64,000 bases of DNA, taken from NCBI GenBank assembly GCA_046597065.1, contig JBKJLI010000002.1, positions 116,071-180,070 of the forward strand, in the 5' to 3' direction. The notes beneath the pieces were generated by a model. The model was not told the DNA's origin, ran no database searches, and worked only from the letters and a program-made list of their open reading frames with translations. Within the stretch, counting starts at the first letter, position 1, and each line of letters opens with the position of its first letter. The stretch comes from Candidatus Saccharimonadia bacterium. GTDB taxonomy: Bacteria > Patescibacteriota > Saccharimonadia > UBA4664 > SCTI01. Positions 10,627 through 21,449 of the stretch are shown here, one piece after another. The position numbers and the translations under genes are program-made.

Positions 10627-10854
10627 ATGAATCAGTATGCCTGGTTGATCATCGGCCTGACGTTCGCGGTGCTGGCACTTCATTCGAGGCGAAAGGCAAT
10701 CAGCTACTGGCTGCTGCCCCGAATCAAGCTGTGCTTTCAGCTGATCAACCCAATCCGAGTGCAGCCCAAGCCCACCCAACGGCATCGGCAGGTCAAGGAG
10801 CCTTCACATTCCCGCCGCCGCCATCGTGGCAAGCGCGGTAAGGCCCCGTCGTAA
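10627..10854 (+). CDS. orphan small protein, N-terminal TM and Arg/Lys-rich tail; cassette 2b
   Basis: SD AGAAAGGA before ATG; C/G-ending codons; ends in terminator hairpin. Confidence 0.65.
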   Translation: MNQYAWLIIGLTFAVLALHSRRKAISYWLLPRIKLCFQLINPIRVQPKPTQRHRQVKEPSHSRRRHRGKRGKAPS

Positions 10855-10865
10855 TGACGGGGCCT
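10841..10865 (+). terminator. intrinsic terminator-like hairpin
   Basis: AGGCCCCGTC-gtaat-GACGGGGCCT followed by a T-rich tract. Confidence 0.7.
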
Positions 10866-10949
10866 GTAGTTTTTAAAGCGCCTTTTAGTCTTGAAAACTG
10901 TTGTCAAACTACGTATAATCAGTACTTGCTTTAAGATGAGGAATCGAGC

Positions 10950-13832
10950 TTGAGCCTACAAGACAAGATTGTGGTTCGCGGGGCCCGCGAGCACAACCTC
11001 AAAAATATTAACGTTGAAATACCACGCGATAAACTAGTAGTTATCACCGGCCTTTCTGGTTCGGGTAAATCATCCTTGGCCTTCGACACCATTTACGCCG
11101 AAGGACAGCGTCGTTACGTAGAAAGCTTAAGCGCCTACGCCCGACAGTTTTTAGGCCTAATGGAAAAGCCGGATGTTGATCAAATTGATGGATTGAGCCC
11201 AGCGATTTCGATTGATCAAAAGTCAAGCAGCCGCAACCCTCGCTCGACGGTTGGAACGGTCACCGAAATATATGATTACATGCGCTTACTATGGGCGCGG
11301 GTGGGCGTACCGCATTGTCCAATATGTGGCCTAGAAGTGCTACGCCAGACCAGCGGGCAGATTGTAGATCAAATTATGGAACTGCCAGCCGATACGCGGA
11401 TTATGGTACTGGCGCCAATTATTGATGATAAAAAGGGTGAGCATCGCAGCGTGGTAGCTGATCTTAAAAAAGCCGGCTTCACCCGAGTTCGGGTTGATGG
11501 CACAATTATGGATATTGGGGAGTTCCCAGATTTAGATAAACAAAAAAAGCACACCATTGAGGCTGTGGTAGACCGCAGCACGGTGGATATTGAAGAGCGG
11601 CAGCGGCTAACCGATTCGGTTGAACAAGCGCTTGCCCTGGGAGACGGGGTGGTACATATTCTGCAGGCTGATAGTGGCAAAGAAATGAGCTACAGTGAAC
11701 GGTACGCCTGCCCAGTACATCGAGAGATCAGTCTACCCGAAATTGCACCGCGTAATTTCAGCTTTAACTCGCCTCATGGTGCTTGCCCCCACTGTACTGG
11801 CTTGGGCATCCGCTTAGAGGTAGACCCAGAGCTGGTAATCCCAAATCGCCGGTTAACGATTGCCGAAGGGGCTATTAGGCCATGGAGCCGCACAACTGCA
11901 CGTGTAACCTGGTACAGTCGGATGGTAGAGGGCGTGGCCAAACAGTTTGGTTTTTCGATCGACGTTCCGGTGAGTCAAATGAAGCCCGAGGATTTAAAAA
12001 TTATTCTGTATGGTGCAGCCGATACTACCATTGCGATGCGAGGCCCAGGTGGTCGCACCTACAACACCAGTTACGAGGGTGTAGTACCTAACATGGAGCG
12101 GCGATATCACGAGACTGATTCGGAATTTGTGCGCAAAGATATCAGTAAGTACATGGCTGAGCGGACTTGCCCGGTTTGCGAAGGTAAACGCTTAAAGCCA
12201 GAAATTATTGCTGTTACGATTGCGAAGCAGTCGATTGTAGATGTCACCACACTTTCAATAGAAGAAGCTCGCGGCTTTTTTGAAGGACTTAAGTTAAGTC
12301 AGCGCGATGAGATTATTGCCCGCCAGATTTTAAAAGAGGTGCGTTCACGGCTACAGTTTTTAAATGATGTTGGATTGAGCTACCTAACCCTCGATCGAAG
12401 TGCTAACACTTTGGCTGGCGGTGAGGCCCAGCGCATTAGGCTAGCAACCCAAATTGGCTCTAGCTTAATGGGTGTGCTTTATATTTTGGATGAGCCTTCT
12501 ATTGGTTTACACCAACGCGATAATGATCGTTTGATTTCCACCTTGGTTCGTTTGCGCGATTTGGGCAACACTGTAATCGTGGTTGAGCACGACGAGGACA
12601 CTATGCGAGCGGCCGACTGGTTGATTGATATTGGCCCAAGAGCCGGAGAGCATGGCGGCGAGGTAGTGGCGGCCGGTACACCCCAGTTCGTGACCGATCA
12701 TCCTCATAGCCTAACAGGTGAATATCTGGCTGGCCGCAAACAGATCGAGGTGCCACCTAAACGCCGCTCTGGCAGCGGACAAAGTATCGAAATTAAAAAC
12801 GCTCGTGAACACAATTTAAAGAATGTGGATGTAAAAATACCGTTAGGGCGATTTGTAACGGTGACAGGTGTTTCGGGTAGCGGCAAATCGAGCTTGATTA
12901 ATGATATTTTGGCCAAAAAGTTGGCCCAGGTGTTTCACCGCGCTGGTGACCTGCCGGGCAAGCATGACGATATTGAGGGGCTAAAATCACTTGATAAAGT
13001 AATTAGTGTAGATCAGTCGCCAATTGGCCGCACTCCTCGCAGCAACCCTGCAACATACACGGGGGTGTTCGGGGATATTCGTGATTTGTTTGCATCTACA
13101 CCAGAGGCCAAGATTCGAGGTTATCAGGCCGGACGTTTTAGTTTTAACGTAAAGGGTGGTCGCTGCGAGGTTTGTAAGGGCGATGGCATTATAAAAATTG
13201 AAATGCACTTTTTGCCAGATGTTTACGTAACCTGCGATGAGTGCAAGGGTCGCCGTTACAATCGTGAAGCTTTAGAAATCCACTACAAAGGTAAAAACAT
13301 CTCTGAAGTGCTTGATATGACCGTTGAAGAGGCGAGTAAATTTTTTGAAAACATCCCACGAGTTATGCGCAAAATTGAGACGCTTAATAGTGTGGGCTTG
13401 GGTTATATTCGCTTGGGCCAGCCAGCTACCACGCTTTCGGGCGGAGAGGCCCAGCGCATCAAGCTGGCTACCGAGTTAGCGCGGCGCAGTACCGGTAAAA
13501 CACTCTATATTTTAGATGAACCCACCACTGGACTGCATTTTGAAGACGTCAAAAAATTACTAGAAGTGTTGAATGCGCTGGTGGACACGGGAAACACCGT
13601 ATTAGTGATCGAGCATAACTTAGATGTAATAAAATCAGCCGATTGGGTAATTGATATGGGCCCAGAGGGCGGTGACGGTGGTGGGGCGATTATCGCCGAG
13701 GGTACGCCCGAAAATGTGGCCGAGGTAACTGGATCGCACACAGGGCTATATTTAAAACGAGTGCTAGGAAAAAAGCTGTCTAAACTGGCAGCTGCACCTA
13801 AGACTCAGGTCAAAACCAAGCAACCGGTTTGA
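10950..13832 (+). CDS. uvrA: excinuclease ABC subunit A
   Basis: GAREHNLKN, two Walker A motifs ([16 protein letters not shown]), Zn fingers; TTGAAA-17-TATAAT upstream. Confidence 0.98.
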   Translation: MSLQDKIVVRGAREHNLKNINVEIPRDKLVVITGLSGSGKSSLAFDTIYAEGQRRYVESLSAYARQFLGLMEKPDVDQIDGLSPAISIDQKSSSRNPRSTVGTVTEIYDYMRLLWARVGVPHCPICGLEVLRQTSGQIVDQIMELPADTRIMVLAPIIDDKKGEHRSVVADLKKAGFTRVRVDGTIMDIGEFPDLDKQKKHTIEAVVDRSTVDIEERQRLTDSVEQALALGDGVVHILQADSGKEMSYSERYACPVHREISLPEIAPRNFSFNSPHGACPHCTGLGIRLEVDPELVIPNRRLTIAEGAIRPWSRTTARVTWYSRMVEGVAKQFGFSIDVPVSQMKPEDLKIILYGAADTTIAMRGPGGRTYNTSYEGVVPNMERRYHETDSEFVRKDISKYMAERTCPVCEGKRLKPEIIAVTIAKQSIVDVTTLSIEEARGFFEGLKLSQRDEIIARQILKEVRSRLQFLNDVGLSYLTLDRSANTLAGGEAQRIRLATQIGSSLMGVLYILDEPSIGLHQRDNDRLISTLVRLRDLGNTVIVVEHDEDTMRAADWLIDIGPRAGEHGGEVVAAGTPQFVTDHPHSLTGEYLAGRKQIEVPPKRRSGSGQSIEIKNAREHNLKNVDVKIPLGRFVTVTGVSGSGKSSLINDILAKKLAQVFHRAGDLPGKHDDIEGLKSLDKVISVDQSPIGRTPRSNPATYTGVFGDIRDLFASTPEAKIRGYQAGRFSFNVKGGRCEVCKGDGIIKIEMHFLPDVYVTCDECKGRRYNREALEIHYKGKNISEVLDMTVEEASKFFENIPRVMRKIETLNSVGLGYIRLGQPATTLSGGEAQRIKLATELARRSTGKTLYILDEPTTGLHFEDVKKLLEVLNALVDTGNTVLVIEHNLDVIKSADWVIDMGPEGGDGGGAIIAEGTPENVAEVTGSHTGLYLKRVLGKKLSKLAAAPKTQVKTKQPV

Positions 13833-13840
13833 TTTAGGCA

Positions 13841-13867
13841 AAAAGAGAGCCCACCGAAGTGGGCCCT
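13841..13867 (-). terminator. intrinsic terminator of cassette 3
   Basis: Minus strand AGGGCCCAC-UUCG-GUGGGCUCU followed by CUUUUU. Confidence 0.75.
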
Positions 13868-13881
13868 CGGTGGGCGTTGGA

Positions 13882-14487
13882 TCAGGTGACCGTGACGGCA
13901 GGCTGAGCCTCAAGGTACTCCAGCAGGCGGTTGGTCCTGTGTGCCAGAATTCCGGCGTAACGCACAGCCTGTCCGCGCTGGGTTAGCACGAAGTTCATGG
14001 CGTCGGCCACCTGGATCGCAGAAGTGGCTTCTGTTCTGATAGCTGCAAGCAGCCACTCTACAACGTCCACCAGCCGGTCACCTTCAAGCGGATTTGCTTC
14101 GGCGTACATGTCGTGATCACGACTGAGCCGACCGACGCGGTCCGGAAGCGTTACCGGAAAGCGTTGGAAGAGGTCGGTGACGTCACTGAAGTATTCCTCC
14201 AGTTGAATTCGGGTAGGCCTGTGATTCATCACGATCCACCTTGCAGCCAAGAACCCGAACTCCGAACAGGTGGAATCGTTCATGAGTGCTGCAACGTCGT
14301 AGGTCATCAGTGGCCGGGCGCCAACTTCATCAATGCCACAGACGTATCCAGGCACGCCACCTTCGTAAACGAAGTATTGATTGTCCAGAGCCATGGAGCC
14401 AAGCATCGTAATGCTCAACCACTCCCTTGAGCCTGGGATTGGGTCTGGAGTGTCCCGTAGAGGTGTATCAAGCGTTGGGGAGCCCAT
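13882..14487 (-). CDS. orphan hypothetical protein, 201 aa; cassette 3
   Basis: SD AGGAGG, promoter TTGACT-17-TATAAT (14569-14541), own terminator. Confidence 0.75.
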   Translation of the reverse strand: MGSPTLDTPLRDTPDPIPGSREWLSITMLGSMALDNQYFVYEGGVPGYVCGIDEVGARPLMTYDVAALMNDSTCSEFGFLAARWIVMNHRPTRIQLEEYFSDVTDLFQRFPVTLPDRVGRLSRDHDMYAEANPLEGDRLVDVVEWLLAAIRTEATSAIQVADAMNFVLTQRGQAVRYAGILAHRTNRLLEYLEAQPAVTVT

Positions 14488-14591
14488 GGCTCGCCTCCTA
14501 TGTTTTGAGGGCCGAATTGAAAGGTACGAGATTGAAACTAATTATACCTTAAACCAGTCGTTAAGTCAATGATTATGGTATGATTGTACAG

Positions 14592-16034
14592 ATGGAACTT
14601 AATGAAAAGTTAAAGAAAAAGCTGGCGGAGCTGCCCAAGGTTCCGGGGGTTTATTTTCACAAAGACTTAAAGGGCAAGATTATCTACATCGGAAAAGCCG
14701 CTAATCTTAAAAATCGAGTTGGTTCCTACTTTCAGCGAAGTCGTACTCGAGATGTAAAAACTGCCTTGCTGGTTCATGATATTGCCATGACTGACTGGAT
14801 CACTGTCGATAGCGAGGTAGAAGCGTTGTTCTTGGAATCGGAGTTCATTAAACGCTACAAGCCCAAATATAATATCGACCTGCGCGATGATAAGCACTGG
14901 ATTTATATTCGGATTCCGATGAGCGACGAATGGCCGGTAATTAGCTTTGTACGCCGCCCAATGGATGACCGAGCCGACTATTGGGGGCCGTTTACCTCTA
15001 GCGATGCCGTACGCAAAGCCATGCGCCAGCTAAGAAAAGTCTTCCCCTACATCACCCATCCTGTAAAGCCGATGCCCAAGCGGGCTTGTTTGCACTATCA
15101 CATTGGTTTGTGCCCTGGGCCCGAGGTGGGGGCAATCATACCAGCCGAATATAAACGTAGCTTACGCCGTTTGCAGCTGTATTTTAAGGGCGAAAAAACC
15201 AAGTTGATAGCGACTTTAGAGCGCGAAATGCAGCGGGCATCTAAGGCAAAAGATTTCGAGCTGGCGGCTCGACGACGCGACCAACTGCGCAACCTGAGGG
15301 CTTTAAGCCAGCAGATGCTGTTTAGTGACAAAGAAATGTTTGATTTACGGCTAGACCAGGCTTTAATGGGTTTGGCTGACCAACTAGATCTAAAAGGTGC
15401 CCCACGGCGAATTGAGGCGTATGACATATCACATTTACAGGGTAGTGATAACGTGGCTAGTATGGTGGTGTTTCAAGATGGTGTACCTAACAAAGAAGAG
15501 TACCGGCGGTTTCAGATGCGGCTAACTGGTAACGACGACTTTGCTCATATGCGCGAAGTCGTTCGTCGACGGTTTAGTGGCCGTAATTGGGAGCGCTGGG
15601 CCAAGCCTGATTTAATATTAATCGATGGCGGAAAGGGCCAGTTGAGCGCGGCACTAGGCGTGCTGGATGAACTAGGTATAAATATTCCCACTGTTGGGCT
15701 AGCCAAACGCGAAGAAGAGATCATTCGGCGAGCCGAGGTTGGTTTTGATACATTATTGCTGTCAAAAGATTCGCATATTTTGCAACTATTGCAGCGGGTA
15801 CGTGATGAGGCTCATCGCTTTGCTGTGACTTATCATAGTTTGCTACGATCTAAGCGCCAAACCGCCTCAGTTCTCGATAGTATTCCTGGCATTGGGCCAG
15901 CCACACGAAAAAAATTGATTAAGCGATTTGGCAGTGTGGCCGGCATAAAACAGGCATCATTAGCCGAACTAGCAACCGAAATTGGGGCAACTAAAGCTCA
16001 GGTTACCCTTGAGCGACTGGCCGACCCGAGCTAA
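14592..16034 (+). CDS. uvrC: excinuclease ABC subunit C
   Basis: GIY-YIG (PGVY...IYIGKA), RIEAYDISH, LIDGGKGQ, RDEAHRFA, HhH; start moved to ATG 14592. Confidence 0.97.
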   Translation: MELNEKLKKKLAELPKVPGVYFHKDLKGKIIYIGKAANLKNRVGSYFQRSRTRDVKTALLVHDIAMTDWITVDSEVEALFLESEFIKRYKPKYNIDLRDDKHWIYIRIPMSDEWPVISFVRRPMDDRADYWGPFTSSDAVRKAMRQLRKVFPYITHPVKPMPKRACLHYHIGLCPGPEVGAIIPAEYKRSLRRLQLYFKGEKTKLIATLEREMQRASKAKDFELAARRRDQLRNLRALSQQMLFSDKEMFDLRLDQALMGLADQLDLKGAPRRIEAYDISHLQGSDNVASMVVFQDGVPNKEEYRRFQMRLTGNDDFAHMREVVRRRFSGRNWERWAKPDLILIDGGKGQLSAALGVLDELGINIPTVGLAKREEEIIRRAEVGFDTLLLSKDSHILQLLQRVRDEAHRFAVTYHSLLRSKRQTASVLDSIPGIGPATRKKLIKRFGSVAGIKQASLAELATEIGATKAQVTLERLADPS

Positions 16035-16096
16035 AATAATTATGGTTAAGCACTCAGTGCTAAATTTTTTGAATACACCAACTAGCCGGAGACCCC

Positions 16097-16468
16097 ATGG
16101 CCGAACTGATATATGTTGCAGATGATGATACCGGATTAAGGACTGCCTATGCTGCAGCCCTACACAAATTAGGATACGAAGTTGAGACCGCCTCTGACGG
16201 CTTAGAAGCTCTAAATTTGGTTAAAAAGCGTAAGCCAAATGTAATTTTACTGGACATGCTGATGCCAAATCTAGATGGCATTGGATTTTTAAAGGCCCTT
16301 AGAGCCGATAAAGCCAACGACGACGTTATTGTAATTGTGGTAAGTAATTTCGAGTCTATGCCAGAGGCCAATGATTACAATGTAGTTAAATATTTGTCGA
16401 AGTTACAGCATGATCCAGAAGCAGTGGCATCGAGAGTTGCCGACATCATTGGAGGCAACCATGCGTAG
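16097..16468 (+). CDS. single-domain response regulator (receiver)
   Basis: VADDD and ILLDMLMPNLDG receiver motifs. Confidence 0.88.
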   Translation: MAELIYVADDDTGLRTAYAAALHKLGYEVETASDGLEALNLVKKRKPNVILLDMLMPNLDGIGFLKALRADKANDDVIVIVVSNFESMPEANDYNVVKYLSKLQHDPEAVASRVADIIGGNHA

Positions 16469-16841
16469 TAGTTTGATAGGCAGCTTTTTGCTGCGTTGGT
16501 TTATTAACTTTTTGGGGCTGTGGGCCGCCGCCGCACTGTTGACTGGTGTTGATTATGGAAATCGGCTGGCAGTGTTGGTATGGGCCGCCCTTATCTTTTC
16601 GTTAGTAAATGCGGCCATACGGCCACTTGTCGTGGTATTAGCGCTACCAGCCATCATTCTGTCGTTGGGGCTGTTTATACTTGTGGTCAACGCCCTGATG
16701 CTTTACTTGGTAACAGTGTTGTATCCCGATTTTAGTGTTAGCTCGTTTGGGCAGGCCATTCTGGCTGTGGTGATTATTTGGATAGTCAACTATGTAATGA
16801 GTGCGCTGATAGATGGGAGACGCCATGAAAACACTGTTTAA
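16461..16841 (+). CDS. 4-TM 'phage holin family' (YvlD-like) membrane protein
   Basis: VN..IRP....LP...LSLGLF.LVVNA pattern; GGAGG before ATG 16461. Confidence 0.8.
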   Translation: MRSSLIGSFLLRWFINFLGLWAAAALLTGVDYGNRLAVLVWAALIFSLVNAAIRPLVVVLALPAIILSLGLFILVVNALMLYLVTVLYPDFSVSSFGQAILAVVIIWIVNYVMSALIDGRRHENTV

Positions 16842-17046
16842 TTACCTAACCATAATCTCGGCAATATTTATGATTACTGCCATTCTATTACAAGCACGCA
16901 GTTCAAGCCTGGGTGCTGGCTTTGGTGGCGATACCAGCTTTACTCATACCCGCCGTGGTGCCGAAAGAGTGCTATACCTTTCAACTATTGGTGCTGGTGT
17001 AGTATTTGTACTCTCTATAATTTTGAGCATTCTGTCGAAACGCTAA
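16825..17046 (+). CDS. secG: preprotein translocase subunit SecG
   Basis: ILLQ...LGAGFGG...RRGAE, 2 TM. Confidence 0.92.
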   Translation: MKTLFNYLTIISAIFMITAILLQARSSSLGAGFGGDTSFTHTRRGAERVLYLSTIGAGVVFVLSIILSILSKR

Positions 17047-17060
17047 GCGAGTAACCCTTT

Positions 17061-18818
17061 ATGTCGAATTATTTTACCTTCCGTTTGCAGCGACTGCGTC
17101 GCCGTTGGTGGCGCGAAATTCAATTGGGCTTTTCAGCCATTACTCACTTTTTACACTTTAATGTCCGTGGCAAGGGCCGCCAGTTTGGGATGATCCGGCG
17201 GTTTGCACTGGTGTGGTGGGTGCTTCTGGCTGCTCTGCTATTAGGTTCAATTTGGCAACTTCGTCACGTTATCAGTATCGGAAGTGTATTAAGACCGGTA
17301 GCTGGCGGTACTTATTCAGAGGCACTTACAGGTGAGATCAAAACCATTAATCCGGCACTTCCGGATAACTCGGCAAGTGCCGATGCTGCCAAGCTAATAT
17401 TTAGTGGCCTGACAAAATATGATTCACAAGGAATGTTGCGGTCGGATTTGGCGACCAACTGGGTGATAAGTTCCGACGGTAAAACTTACACTTTCTATTT
17501 GCGCAAGGGAGTAAAGTGGCATGATGGAGTGCCTTTTACGGCCCAAGACGTTTTATTTACTTTGGCAGTGGTGCAAAACCCCGACACTCGATCGCCACTT
17601 GCCCCCGATTGGAAGGGTATCAAGGCAAGCGCACCGAACGACCAGACGGTCATTTTTACCCTGCCCAAGGCATATACACCATTTATGGTTTCAACCACAC
17701 TCGGCATTTTGCCTCGGCACTTGCTCGAAAATGTTGAGCCCAAACAGCTACGAGTAAATACATTTAACCAGCGCCCAGTAGGTACGGGGCCATTTAAGCT
17801 CGAGCAGGTTGATAGCACGTCGGGCAGTCTTGTGTTTAAAGCCAATGATGATTACTTTGGCGGACGGCCGTTGCTTGATAGCATTCGGTTACGAACTTAT
17901 GATACCGCCGATAAGGCGCTGGATGCCTACCAAAAGCGGCAGGTTTTGGGAGTGGCTCGCTTGCAGCCTGGACAGCTTGAAGCCGCCACAAAAACCGGTT
18001 CTTTACGGCTCCATCAGGCTAGCGTTCCCGATCAGGTTTCGGTATTCTTTCACACCAGTAGCGGCATTATGGCCGATAAAACGGTGCGAGCGGCCTTATC
18101 ACAGGCCACTAATCGCCAACAGATTATCGACGAGCAACTTAATGGCCAGGCAGCACCCTTAACCAGCCCACTGACATCACAAGGAATCAACCTTTTTGGC
18201 GCTCCTCATCAGCCCAACTTTGACGTGGCCAAGGCAGTCGCAGCCCTTGAATCAGCTGGCTGGATAAAGGGTCCCGATGGTATACGCTCAAAAAACGGCC
18301 AAAAACTTGAGATTAAACTGGCCACCCAAACGGATACTATCTATGGTGTGGTAGCTCAGCAACTGGCTCTACAATGGGGCAAGGTTGGGGCAAAAGTAGA
18401 GGTAAGCCAGTACGATGCGGCCACCTTGCAACAGAGCTACATCCGCACCCGGCGCTATGATGCGCTACTTTATGGCATAAATATTGGCGCCGATCCAGAC
18501 GTTTATGCGTATTGGCACTCATCACAAGCCACCGATCCCGGCTTAAATTTGTCTAGCTATGCCTCTACAGCTGCCGATAAAGCATTAGAGGGCGGCCGTA
18601 CCGTTCGTGATGTCCAAACTCGTTCAGCCAAATACCGTTCGTTCATACAAGCCTGGATGGCCGACAGCCCGGCCATAATGTTGTATTCACCTTCGTATAC
18701 CTACGCAGTTGATCGAAATGTGCATGGTATTGATATTAGACGACTGGTATCGGCATCGGATCGTTTTGATAATGTTGAGCACTGGTCGTTAAAAGTTAAA
18801 ACCGTCCCCGCCAAGTGA
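17061..18818 (+). CDS. peptide ABC transporter substrate-binding protein (family 5)
   Basis: DLA..W..S.DG.TYTF.LR.GVKWHDG.PFTA.DV.FT, PVGTGPF. Confidence 0.92.
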   Translation: MSNYFTFRLQRLRRRWWREIQLGFSAITHFLHFNVRGKGRQFGMIRRFALVWWVLLAALLLGSIWQLRHVISIGSVLRPVAGGTYSEALTGEIKTINPALPDNSASADAAKLIFSGLTKYDSQGMLRSDLATNWVISSDGKTYTFYLRKGVKWHDGVPFTAQDVLFTLAVVQNPDTRSPLAPDWKGIKASAPNDQTVIFTLPKAYTPFMVSTTLGILPRHLLENVEPKQLRVNTFNQRPVGTGPFKLEQVDSTSGSLVFKANDDYFGGRPLLDSIRLRTYDTADKALDAYQKRQVLGVARLQPGQLEAATKTGSLRLHQASVPDQVSVFFHTSSGIMADKTVRAALSQATNRQQIIDEQLNGQAAPLTSPLTSQGINLFGAPHQPNFDVAKAVAALESAGWIKGPDGIRSKNGQKLEIKLATQTDTIYGVVAQQLALQWGKVGAKVEVSQYDAATLQQSYIRTRRYDALLYGINIGADPDVYAYWHSSQATDPGLNLSSYASTAADKALEGGRTVRDVQTRSAKYRSFIQAWMADSPAIMLYSPSYTYAVDRNVHGIDIRRLVSASDRFDNVEHWSLKVKTVPAK

Positions 18819-18878
18819 TGATCGCGGGCTGGAATAATTTGCCAGCCTAAGCTACTATTACTCGGTTACCACCAGTTT

Positions 18879-18964
18879 GGGCGAGTGGTGAAATGGTAGA
18901 CACGCTAGTTTCAGGTACTAGTGAGCGCAAGCTCGTGGAGGTTCAATTCCTCTCTCGCCCACCA
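18879..18964 (+). tRNA. tRNA-Leu(CAG)
   Basis: Cloverleaf, long variable arm, anticodon CAG, GGTTCAATTCC, encoded CCA. Confidence 0.96.
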
Positions 18965-18976
18965 GCAATCATTTAG

Positions 18977-19726
18977 CTAAACAATTTCGATAATGATAGC
19001 TTTGCCGTCGGTAAAGTATCGAGCTCCGGTGGCATTTTTGCTTGGCTTAGAAGGTTCAATCGGTTCTATCATTTGGTGATTCCCGACCATTAAAGAGCCG
19101 TATTTAATCAACTCTAAGGCTATTAAGTCGCGCTCTTCATCTAGATCGGGGTTGATGTGGTGATGAACGAACGGTGGCAGCCAGTCAAGACGCAAACTAG
19201 TATCATAACTAGCAGCCGCAATCCAGACCTGCTGATCTTTGGGCAGCACCTTTGTCGTTCGCCACAGTCGTATATGATGCCGCTGGCTAAAGCTCTTTTT
19301 GGCAGTTAGCTTTTGAAACGATAAATCTTGCAGACCAAAACCAATAAAGTGGGGTGTAAATGGCCCGGTTTTGTGTGAGCGCTTAAATAAGGTACTTATG
19401 CTAGCTAAAGCCATATGGATAGGAGTGGCTGGGTTGGCTGGGCTCCACCCGGCTTTTTCGAAAGCCCGCTTTATGCCATTTTCGGTGCCAACTACAATCA
19501 TGTTAATGGGGTCCATACGCTGCCCGGTTACAGCTTGGCTAAAGCGGGGGAGTCCATCAAGAATCTCTTGACTAAGATTTAGGTGGCTGGTTTTGCGGAA
19601 ATCACGAGGCTTGTACAGTTTTTCGAGTGTAGTCATATGTAGAACCGTAGAGATAAGCCGCATCGATGTAAGGGCGGCAAAGCCAATGGTAATTCTAGTC
19701 AACCAGTTGTTGTAAAAGCGCTTCAT
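18977..19726 (-). CDS. LssY C-terminal domain-like protein
   Basis: DPIN, QDL.F, RHHIRLW, W..AASYD, HHI.PD.D.ERD motifs; start moved to MKRFY. Confidence 0.8.
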   Translation of the reverse strand: MKRFYNNWLTRITIGFAALTSMRLISTVLHMTTLEKLYKPRDFRKTSHLNLSQEILDGLPRFSQAVTGQRMDPINMIVVGTENGIKRAFEKAGWSPANPATPIHMALASISTLFKRSHKTGPFTPHFIGFGLQDLSFQKLTAKKSFSQRHHIRLWRTTKVLPKDQQVWIAAASYDTSLRLDWLPPFVHHHINPDLDEERDLIALELIKYGSLMVGNHQMIEPIEPSKPSKNATGARYFTDGKAIIIEIV

Positions 19727-19800
19727 AACCAAGTTATTATGCGGTCTGGGGGCCAATCTGTCGAGTAGCAACAGGTACAAGAAACTGTTATGCTTAAGTC

Positions 19801-21432
19801 ATGAAAAACGCACAAATAAAAGAATTGCGCACACGGATAAATGGCAGCGTTACAGCGGAAGCCGATGCTCGCGAATACTACTCAACAGATGGCAGTGTGT
19901 TTAAGATTATGCCCAGCGCAGTGATATACCCTCAAAATAGCGTTGATGTTCAAAAAACGGTGGCCTATGCCAGTCAACAAGCTGATACCAAATCCGCTAA
20001 ATTCAGTTTAATTGCTCGCGGTAAGGGTACTGATCAGGGCGGTGGGGCGTTAGGCGATGGTGCTATGGTGGTGTTCCCGGCCCACATGAATCACATTGGC
20101 AAGTTAACTAAAGACACCGTAACAGTGCAGCCGGGTGTCATTTTTGGTTCATTGCAGCAGGCTCTACACACCCATGGACGCTTTTTGCCTACTTATCCGT
20201 CATCAATTGATTTTGCGACTATTGGAGGCGCGGTTGCCAATAACACATGCGGCGAAATGACGCTAAAGTATGGCTCAACCGCCGACTGGGTCAAAAGCCT
20301 CAGGGTGGTGCTGGATGATGGTTCACTAATTGAAACTAGGCGCCTTAATCGCCGCGAGCTTAATCGTAAAAAGGGGCTGATGACAAGAGAAGGGGATATT
20401 TACCGGCGCATCGATGGGTTACTGAAAGATAACGCTCACCTAATAAAAGACACCGCTGTGGGCACAAGTAAAAATTCAACGGGTTATCGGCTGGGAGCCA
20501 TAAAGCGTCGTGATGGCTCATTTGATCTTAGTCAACTGTTTGTCGGGGCTCAGGGCACACTAGGTATGATCACCGAAACCACGCTTAAAACCGCACCCTA
20601 TCAGCATTTTACTACCCTAGTAGTTGGCTTCTTTGACAGTCTTGAAAAGGCCGGTGAAGCAGTCTTAAAACTAAAAAAGCTTCAGCCCGCAGCTATGGAA
20701 GTAGTGGACTACTACCTACTCGATTTCTTGCGTAAAAATCAGCCCGAAACGATCAAGGGATTGGTGCCGGACGAACTGCCAAAAATCATTATATTGATTG
20801 AATTTGATAACCAATCGCACTTACGTCAGAACATTTTGCGTCGACGCACTCAACGCATTTTAAACAAACTGGCCTCCTCGCAGCGCTGGACTCAAAATCC
20901 TCGCACCGAACACCGGTTATGGAAGATCCGTCACTCCGCCGCAGCTGTTATTTGGATGAATAATGGCCCCAAAAAGGCGTTGCCAATTATTGAAGACGGT
21001 TGTGTACCGGTCGAAAAGTTACCGCAGTTTTTAGAAGGCGTTTACGCCATGCTAAAAAAGTACAAATTAGAGATTGCAGTGTGGGGCCACGCCGGTGATG
21101 CCGACTTTCACATGCAACCGTTTATGGATTTATCTAAAGTTAAAGACCGCAAACTGGTCTTTAAGGTTATGGATGAGTTTTACGACATGGTTATTAAGAT
21201 GGGCGGTACAACCGCTGGCGAGCACAACGACGGCTTATTGCGCGCACCATACCTAGAGCAGCTGTATGGCAAAGAGATGTATCAAGTTTTTAAAGAGGTT
21301 AAGCAGATTTGCGACCCCAAAGGGATATTTAATCCCCGAATTAAATTGGATGTTAAGCGCAAAGATATTGAACCATTGCTGCGCCATGAGTACTCAATGA
21401 AGCATCTTTATGATCATTTGCCACGTACTTAA
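19801..21432 (+). CDS. FAD-linked oxidoreductase (GlcD / D-lactate dehydrogenase family)
   Basis: RG.GT...GG, ATIGG.VANN, G.QGTLG, GHAGD...H, GEH.DG motifs. Confidence 0.9.
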   Translation: MKNAQIKELRTRINGSVTAEADAREYYSTDGSVFKIMPSAVIYPQNSVDVQKTVAYASQQADTKSAKFSLIARGKGTDQGGGALGDGAMVVFPAHMNHIGKLTKDTVTVQPGVIFGSLQQALHTHGRFLPTYPSSIDFATIGGAVANNTCGEMTLKYGSTADWVKSLRVVLDDGSLIETRRLNRRELNRKKGLMTREGDIYRRIDGLLKDNAHLIKDTAVGTSKNSTGYRLGAIKRRDGSFDLSQLFVGAQGTLGMITETTLKTAPYQHFTTLVVGFFDSLEKAGEAVLKLKKLQPAAMEVVDYYLLDFLRKNQPETIKGLVPDELPKIIILIEFDNQSHLRQNILRRRTQRILNKLASSQRWTQNPRTEHRLWKIRHSAAAVIWMNNGPKKALPIIEDGCVPVEKLPQFLEGVYAMLKKYKLEIAVWGHAGDADFHMQPFMDLSKVKDRKLVFKVMDEFYDMVIKMGGTTAGEHNDGLLRAPYLEQLYGKEMYQVFKEVKQICDPKGIFNPRIKLDVKRKDIEPLLRHEYSMKHLYDHLPRT

Positions 21433-21449
21433 TATAAGGAGATTTAGTA

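Noticed and set aside
16046-16063. TAAGCACTCAGTGCTAA resembling CIRCE half-sites
   Set aside because: No 9-nt spacer and the downstream gene is not a chaperone; probably a simple palindrome.
16461-16841. 'Phage holin' as evidence of a prophage
   Set aside because: This 4-TM family is commonly chromosomal; no phage genes are nearby and it is coupled to secG.
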